Below, piece after piece: positions 59,240 to 64,000 of a stretch of DNA of 64,000 nucleotides. Every line of letters begins with the position of its first letter. Position 1 is the stretch's first letter. Where the stretch lies: NCBI GenBank assembly GCA_963707635.1, contig OY970173.1:2752001-2816000 (forward strand), in the 5' to 3' direction. Origin of the DNA: Candidatus Latescibacterota bacterium. Lineage in GTDB: Bacteria > Krumholzibacteriota > Krumholzibacteriia > WVZY01 > JAKEHA01. The position numbers and the translations under genes are program-made. Below the pieces are notes generated by a model that had not been told where the DNA came from, ran no database searches, and was given only the letters and a program-made list of their open reading frames with translations.

Positions 59240-59251
59240 TTACGCCGAGGA

Positions 59252-61783
59252 CTACCTCACGAGCGTCATCTTCCTCGCGTCGCTGAATTCGCCAGCGATC
59301 AACCGATAGAAATACACGCCCGAGCCTACCGTCGTTCCGCGATCGTTGCGACCGTCCCATTCGAGCGAGTATGACCCGCCTGGCCTCGATTCGTTCACCA
59401 GCGTGCGTACGGGCGTACCGCTCACGTCATAAACCACCAGCTCCACGTGCTCGCGTGACGCGATTCGATACCGGATGGTCGTCGACGGATTGAATGGGTT
59501 GGGATAGTTCGGCATGAGCTCGTACCGGGGAGGCACCGGTTCCGGGTCCGCCACGCTGTTCGTTATCTCGAACACATCGTCGAGCATTGCGCTGGCACCG
59601 CCCGGGTTGTAGACCACTACATCATAGAATCCATTGATCGCGCCCGTTGTGTTGAACGTCGCGCGAATCCGGTCCTTCCCCAGCCACGTGACCGATGTCG
59701 CCGCGAACGTTGCGTTGCCGCGCACCAACTCGACAGTGCCCGTCCTGGCAAACCCCGCGCCGTCGATTGTCAGAAGAACAGTCGGCACGGAGGTGTTGAC
59801 GGGAGTCACCGTCGCCGGTGCCGGCGGTGGCCAACCGCCCCGCATCGCAGCATTGATGGGATCGCCGCTGCCACTGGTGATGCGAATGCTCACGTGACTC
59901 GGCCCGCCATGTCCATTGCTGGAGGGAGTGCTGGTACCGCTAAACACGGTGCGGTTAGCCTCTCCCGGGTACGGATCTCCTTCATCACCGAGATTTTCGG
60001 CTCGCTCCAGGTTGAACAACCCGTCGGCCTGCTCGACCGCGACCCGGCGCGGGATGTTATTGCTCGCACCCCCCGTCTGGTTCCCGCTGTCAATGTGCCA
60101 GATCACAAGGCCGCCTCCACCCAGCACGTTGACATCCGTGCCGACCGGCTGACGGTTCTCCACCAGGAAGTACTCGATGGGGTTCGTCATGTCCTCCGCC
60201 CATCCATCCTCACGCGTTTCGAAATTCGTGGAATGCGCGACCCCTCCGCCGACCACCGAAATATCATCCAACACGAACGCTCCGCACGTAGTGGCATTGA
60301 CGCCGTCTTCGTCCGACCAATTCGCGTCCGACACAAACATGAACTTGATCGTGTAGGGCGTGCCGGCGATCAGGAAAGGCGTGATGTCCACCACTTCGGT
60401 GCCGGAGCCGGTTCCGTGGTAAGTCGCGAACGTGAAGGTCACGCCTCCCGTGATGACCTGGGCGAGCGTGTAGTCAAAGCTCGGTTCCGTTTCATGGGTA
60501 TACTTGTACGAGAGCGTGACGGTACCGTTGGTGTAGCCGAATTCCTGTGCCAGCGAATGCTTCCACCGGTTTCCGTAGCCAGCGCCAGAAATCCAGTTGC
60601 GCCGTGCCGCTTCGGAGGAGGTCAGCCCGCATCGCATCGAATATTTTCCGCTAATCGCGCAGGTTGCGCTACGGCGCCAGCGTTCGTACATGACGTCGAG
60701 ACGATAGACGTCACGGTTGGTCTCCACGTTGAAGATCGAGAACGGCGTGGGGACCGACGGGACTACGGTGACGTCCACCCACCCGAGCTGTGACTTTGAC
60801 CAGGCGCCCATGTGCGACGGGCTGCTGGCCGTGTACTCGCCTCCGTAACCCATCAGGCACCAGACCCCGACGCCTGCCGACCCGCCATCCGTATCGTACA
60901 GATCGGGGAGGCCGAAGGCGTGTCCGTACTCGTGGCAAGACACACCGATATTCTCGGTGTTCACTCCGCCGCAGGTGAAGGCCGGCTGGATCACGTAGTC
61001 GTCTACGATGATGCTGCCACCGCCGGTGCGCGGATCGTTGGTCACGTGACCCCCGCCGAGACTCGAATGATGAGACCAGATGCCCCCGGGCTGGCCGGTG
61101 CACTCCCCGCCCGGTTTCGCGTGCACGATGGAAACAAAGTCCACGTAGCCGTCGTCGTCACCCGAGTTGGGAATCCCGTCGGGACCGTCGTTGTCATACT
61201 GGCCGAAGTCGATCGCGGCATCATTCGCAGCGACGGTCGTGATGACCAGCTCGTGGACATTCGCAGCCCCACACCGCCCGTTGCATGTGCCCGGACCGGC
61301 GTAGTACGCGTCCGATTCGGGCAGCGTCGTCCAGCCGTAGACGGTGCCGGTGACGTTGAGATCGCCGTATGAAATCTCGCTGTAATACTCCGTCAGCGTG
61401 CGTGGTGAAAAGGGCCCGTCATATAGTTTCGTCTGCACGATCGACACCGGATACGGATCCGCGCCGGTGTTGCTGAACTTCACGCAGAACGTCGGCACAG
61501 CAATCGTGCCTGTGACAGCAAAGCGAGGACGTTCCGCCGCCTGGAGCAGATCACGTTTGTAGAATCCGTGATCCCGGATGAAGCGCTCGCGGTTATCACG
61601 GATGATGCGCGTCTTTTCGATCCATGCGTGCTCGAACTCGAACTGGCCGTTGTTGTCCTTGAGCGACTGACTCACAGAGGGGGAAACCTCCGAGCCCGGT
61701 TCGGGCCGGGAGACTTGCGCGCGGGACGTTGTAATGGCACCGACACCAAGAACCAACGCCAGAATGAGCGGTGCTCGTTGCAT
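59252..61783 (-). CDS. Secreted M6 metalloprotease with FlgD-Ig CTD
   Basis: Signal peptide MQRAPLILAL; HEYGHAFGLPDLYD; WCLM; YFLVENRQ; NYPNPFNP...RKMTLVR. Confidence 0.9.
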   Translation of the reverse strand: MQRAPLILALVLGVGAITTSRAQVSRPEPGSEVSPSVSQSLKDNNGQFEFEHAWIEKTRIIRDNRERFIRDHGFYKRDLLQAAERPRFAVTGTIAVPTFCVKFSNTGADPYPVSIVQTKLYDGPFSPRTLTEYYSEISYGDLNVTGTVYGWTTLPESDAYYAGPGTCNGRCGAANVHELVITTVAANDAAIDFGQYDNDGPDGIPNSGDDDGYVDFVSIVHAKPGGECTGQPGGIWSHHSSLGGGHVTNDPRTGGGSIIVDDYVIQPAFTCGGVNTENIGVSCHEYGHAFGLPDLYDTDGGSAGVGVWCLMGYGGEYTASSPSHMGAWSKSQLGWVDVTVVPSVPTPFSIFNVETNRDVYRLDVMYERWRRSATCAISGKYSMRCGLTSSEAARRNWISGAGYGNRWKHSLAQEFGYTNGTVTLSYKYTHETEPSFDYTLAQVITGGVTFTFATYHGTGSGTEVVDITPFLIAGTPYTIKFMFVSDANWSDEDGVNATTCGAFVLDDISVVGGGVAHSTNFETREDGWAEDMTNPIEYFLVENRQPVGTDVNVLGGGGLVIWHIDSGNQTGGASNNIPRRVAVEQADGLFNLERAENLGDEGDPYPGEANRTVFSGTSTPSSNGHGGPSHVSIRITSGSGDPINAAMRGGWPPPAPATVTPVNTSVPTVLLTIDGAGFARTGTVELVRGNATFAATSVTWLGKDRIRATFNTTGAINGFYDVVVYNPGGASAMLDDVFEITNSVADPEPVPPRYELMPNYPNPFNPSTTIRYRIASREHVELVVYDVSGTPVRTLVNESRPGGSYSLEWDGRNDRGTTVGSGVYFYRLIAGEFSDARKMTLVR

Positions 61784-61805
61784 GGATGCTCGGATCACCT
61801 GCTGC

Positions 61806-62393
61806 TCACTCGTCGCCTTCGTCTCCAAAGTGGGTCGCACGCGGCACTTTTCCCACCAGATCGGCGAACCGATAGGTCTGTGTGAGCCGTGCGAACTCTG
61901 GAGCACCGCGTACCTCGACGTAAAGATGTGCGGCGGGAATCCACGCGTTCTTGGCTCGATACCAACCTTCTCTGCTGGCAGTCGCATTGACAAGAACGCA
62001 TTCGAGCGTCGCGGCCACAACGAGCTCCGCAGGCCATCCAAGTTTCTTCGGGTCGAACCCGGTCAAGTCGATGTGGACACGGACCGTATCCCCAAAAAGG
62101 GCTTGTCCCTGGAAATGATAGGGATCCACCCACGTCTTGATCCCCGCGATGTTGGCTGCATTGCGATTCTCCGGTTTCCCAGCATCGTTCACGACGAAGC
62201 TTTCGTTGCAGGTGTAGTCCACAAGGCGTCCCCACGAGGCAATGTCATCGTATACAACGTACGTCACACGGCTGAGAACGATCCCGTCCTCAACGACGAT
62301 GGGCTGCGCAATCTCGATGGCACGTTCCTCGGAGGCAGACACGGTGCTGGCGATAGCCAGAAGGATCCAAGCGACGAGGGGTCGGGCTAACAT
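61806..62393 (-). CDS. Secreted hypothetical protein
   Basis: Signal peptide MLARPLVAWILLAIASTVSA; co-directional with the M6 gene. Confidence 0.6.
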   Translation of the reverse strand: MLARPLVAWILLAIASTVSASEERAIEIAQPIVVEDGIVLSRVTYVVYDDIASWGRLVDYTCNESFVVNDAGKPENRNAANIAGIKTWVDPYHFQGQALFGDTVRVHIDLTGFDPKKLGWPAELVVAATLECVLVNATASREGWYRAKNAWIPAAHLYVEVRGAPEFARLTQTYRFADLVGKVPRATHFGDEGDE

Positions 62394-62419
62394 GTGGCTC
62401 ACCAAAACACGAGCAGAAA

Positions 62420-62443
62420 TGGTGGAGGCGGCGGGAATCGAAC
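62420..62443 (-). mobile_element. att-like duplication of a tmRNA/tRNA 3' end (island boundary)
   Basis: Minus strand GTTCGATTCCCGCCGCCTCCACCA = T-loop, acceptor stem and CCA, with no 5' half adjacent. Confidence 0.75.
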
Positions 62444-62575
62444 TTTCAAGAAGATGAAACACTAACCTGATGATGGCGCTCGATTTCGGACGATAAGAAT
62501 TGAAACATCACAGGTTATACGAACGCCGCTTCTCCACCCCAGTCCTCTGCAGTCTACCGGAATCGACCCATGTCA

Positions 62576-62593
62576 TGGAGACATTTTGGAGAC
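62576..62593. repeat. TGGAGAC direct repeat (integrase arm-site-like)
   Basis: TGGAGAC-attt-TGGAGAC, 11-bp period, about 135 bp from the att core. Confidence 0.5.
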
Positions 62594-62647
62594 GAGAACA
62601 AGATATCGGGCATGCAGGACTTCATCCTCCAGCCTGGGTGCAACGGT

Positions 62648-63379
62648 TCAATTCCGGACGATCTTGCTGAGTTCTGCAAGCGTGGTCGCCCGGTAGCCCA
62701 TCTCATCGAGGCGCGGAAGTACCCGATCGAGAACCTCGATCGTCCGTTTGCGGTTCGGCCGCCCGTCGTGCAGGACGAGGACGGCGCCAGGGCGAACATT
62801 CTCGAGGAACTGTTTGACCGTCAGACCGACACTGGTCCTGAGATCCATCGGGTAGGCCGTGGCCGCCACCGGCGTGTACCCGTTCTTCCGCATGATCCGG
62901 GCGATCCTCTTCGTTATCATGCCGCTTCCCGGACGGCACCAGCGGGGCGATCCGAGAGGCTGGATCAGCCTGTCGGTCCTTTTCAGTTCCTCGAGAAACT
63001 CTTCGTCCGACAGTGACGCGCTCATCCGGTCGGTAAAGAGGTGGTTGGCAAGTTCGTGTCCGTCGGAGCGGATGGATTCGACCAGTTCGGGATGCGCCTC
63101 TGCGTAGGAACCGATGATGAAGAATGTGGCCCTGGTCCGATGCTCGCGCAGCACGCGAAGAATTCCCGGAGTCACCTCGGGATGCGGTGCGTCATCGATG
63201 GTCAGTGCAATCAGGCGTTCCGTGGTGTCGATTCGAAATACAACATCGGGGTCGAGGCTGGATACGCGTGCGAGCAGCCAGTCACTCGGACGTACGAGCG
63301 TCCACGCACCAAGGGCTGCCAGCAGCAGAACCACGCAGGCGATCAGGATGAGGGTCACGTCACTCGCCGTCCACGACAC
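62648..63379 (-). CDS. Polysaccharide deacetylase (NodB/CE4) with N-terminal membrane anchor
   Basis: ALTIDDAP, ATFFIIG, HELANH, RPG, LVLHDG. Confidence 0.88.
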   Translation of the reverse strand: MSWTASDVTLILIACVVLLLAALGAWTLVRPSDWLLARVSSLDPDVVFRIDTTERLIALTIDDAPHPEVTPGILRVLREHRTRATFFIIGSYAEAHPELVESIRSDGHELANHLFTDRMSASLSDEEFLEELKRTDRLIQPLGSPRWCRPGSGMITKRIARIMRKNGYTPVAATAYPMDLRTSVGLTVKQFLENVRPGAVLVLHDGRPNRKRTIEVLDRVLPRLDEMGYRATTLAELSKIVRN

Positions 63380-63387
63380 TCACTTGA

Positions 63388-63999
63388 TCAGTAGATGAGG
63401 TGCTCCGATATGCTGCCGTACGGCGTCTGACGGCGGTTGTCGTAGTGGCGCTTGACGATCTGACCATTCTCACGCCGCAACAGACCCACTTCGTCCAGAA
63501 GGCCAGGAGCGTGCGATGGTATCACGGTGTGGTTGCTCATGAGCCAGTGCAGCGCCGCGGGCATGCGAAGGAGGGCCACCGTCCGGTTACCGGCTGCCAG
63601 CGCGGAAAGGAATTCCGGCATGGTCTTGGGTGAGATGCGGATCCGCTGCGGCTCCCCCAGTCCGGCTCGCTCGTGAATGCGCTGATTGGCCCAGTCCACC
63701 GACTGCAGCGCCATCGTGATGCACGACCGCTCCAGCAGCTGGTAGCGGACTTTCCCGTTGAGAATATCCTCGATCGGGTTCTCCGGAACCTCTGCTTTCC
63801 TCGACTCCTTGGCCAGAGTCTCCCAGTCCTCGAGTTCCGCAGCCGGATAGCCATCAGGCATCTTGCGGCCCTCCTTTATATGTTCTTCCATGATGCTCAG
63901 GGTCGTCTGCCGCGAGACGGCATCAGCGAGAACGAGACTCACATACAACAGCTCGTTCTTCGCATTCTCAACATCGGGCAGGTTCAGAGGGTAGCAATG
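63388..63999 (-). CDS. Hypothetical protein, 3' part (open to window edge)
   Basis: Frame stays open past 63948 to the edge (...HCYPLNLPDVENAKNELLYVSLVL...); family not recognised. Confidence 0.6.
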   Translation of the reverse strand, partial: HCYPLNLPDVENAKNELLYVSLVLADAVSRQTTLSIMEEHIKEGRKMPDGYPAAELEDWETLAKESRKAEVPENPIEDILNGKVRYQLLERSCITMALQSVDWANQRIHERAGLGEPQRIRISPKTMPEFLSALAAGNRTVALLRMPAALHWLMSNHTVIPSHAPGLLDEVGLLRRENGQIVKRHYDNRRQTPYGSISEHLIY

Positions 64000-64000
64000 C

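Noticed and set aside
62420..62443. Complete tRNA or tmRNA gene
   Set aside because: Only the 3' 24 nt are present; no D-arm, anticodon arm or 5' acceptor strand is adjacent
1..64000. CRISPR array, rRNA, transposase or phage structural genes
   Set aside because: No regularly spaced repeats or recognisable motifs were seen by eye

Overview
High-GC bacterial chromosomal window. Several secreted proteins end in an 'NPFNPxT...WDGR...SGxY' FlgD-Ig/T9SS-like C-terminal domain, which suggests an FCB-associated lineage such as Krumholzibacteriota/Latescibacterota/Eisenbacteria (inference only). 1-13.3 kb is mostly housekeeping: ndh, HAD hydrolase, deacetylase plus acs, MFS, pdxH, BaiN-like flavoprotein, YfiT/BstA and a radical SAM protein. 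The main feature is a co-directional cluster of about 21 genes (about 12.0-34.3 kb) with two sigma54-like promoters. It joins (i) an extracytoplasmic redox module (ApbE, TlpA, DUF4266, a DUF3570 barrel with a candidate flavinylation motif), (ii) haem-motif lipoproteins including a hydrazine-synthase-alpha-like beta-propeller, (iii) several outer-membrane barrels, and (iv) an Agl-Glt-like proton-motive envelope machine (giant TPR, TPR lipoprotein, GltF-like, ExbB, two ExbD, AgmX/PglI-type TonB). It is followed by pntA2-pntB without the NAD(H)-binding domain I gene. The right half holds polysaccharide-related genes, an ECF/S41 locus, two M6 metalloproteases, a secreted five-haem cytochrome, orphan C-terminal tail fragments, and a tmRNA/tRNA 3'-end duplication that marks a probable integrated island running off the right edge. 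Three apparent frameshift sites may be assembly errors. All family calls come from motif recognition by eye; no searches were run.
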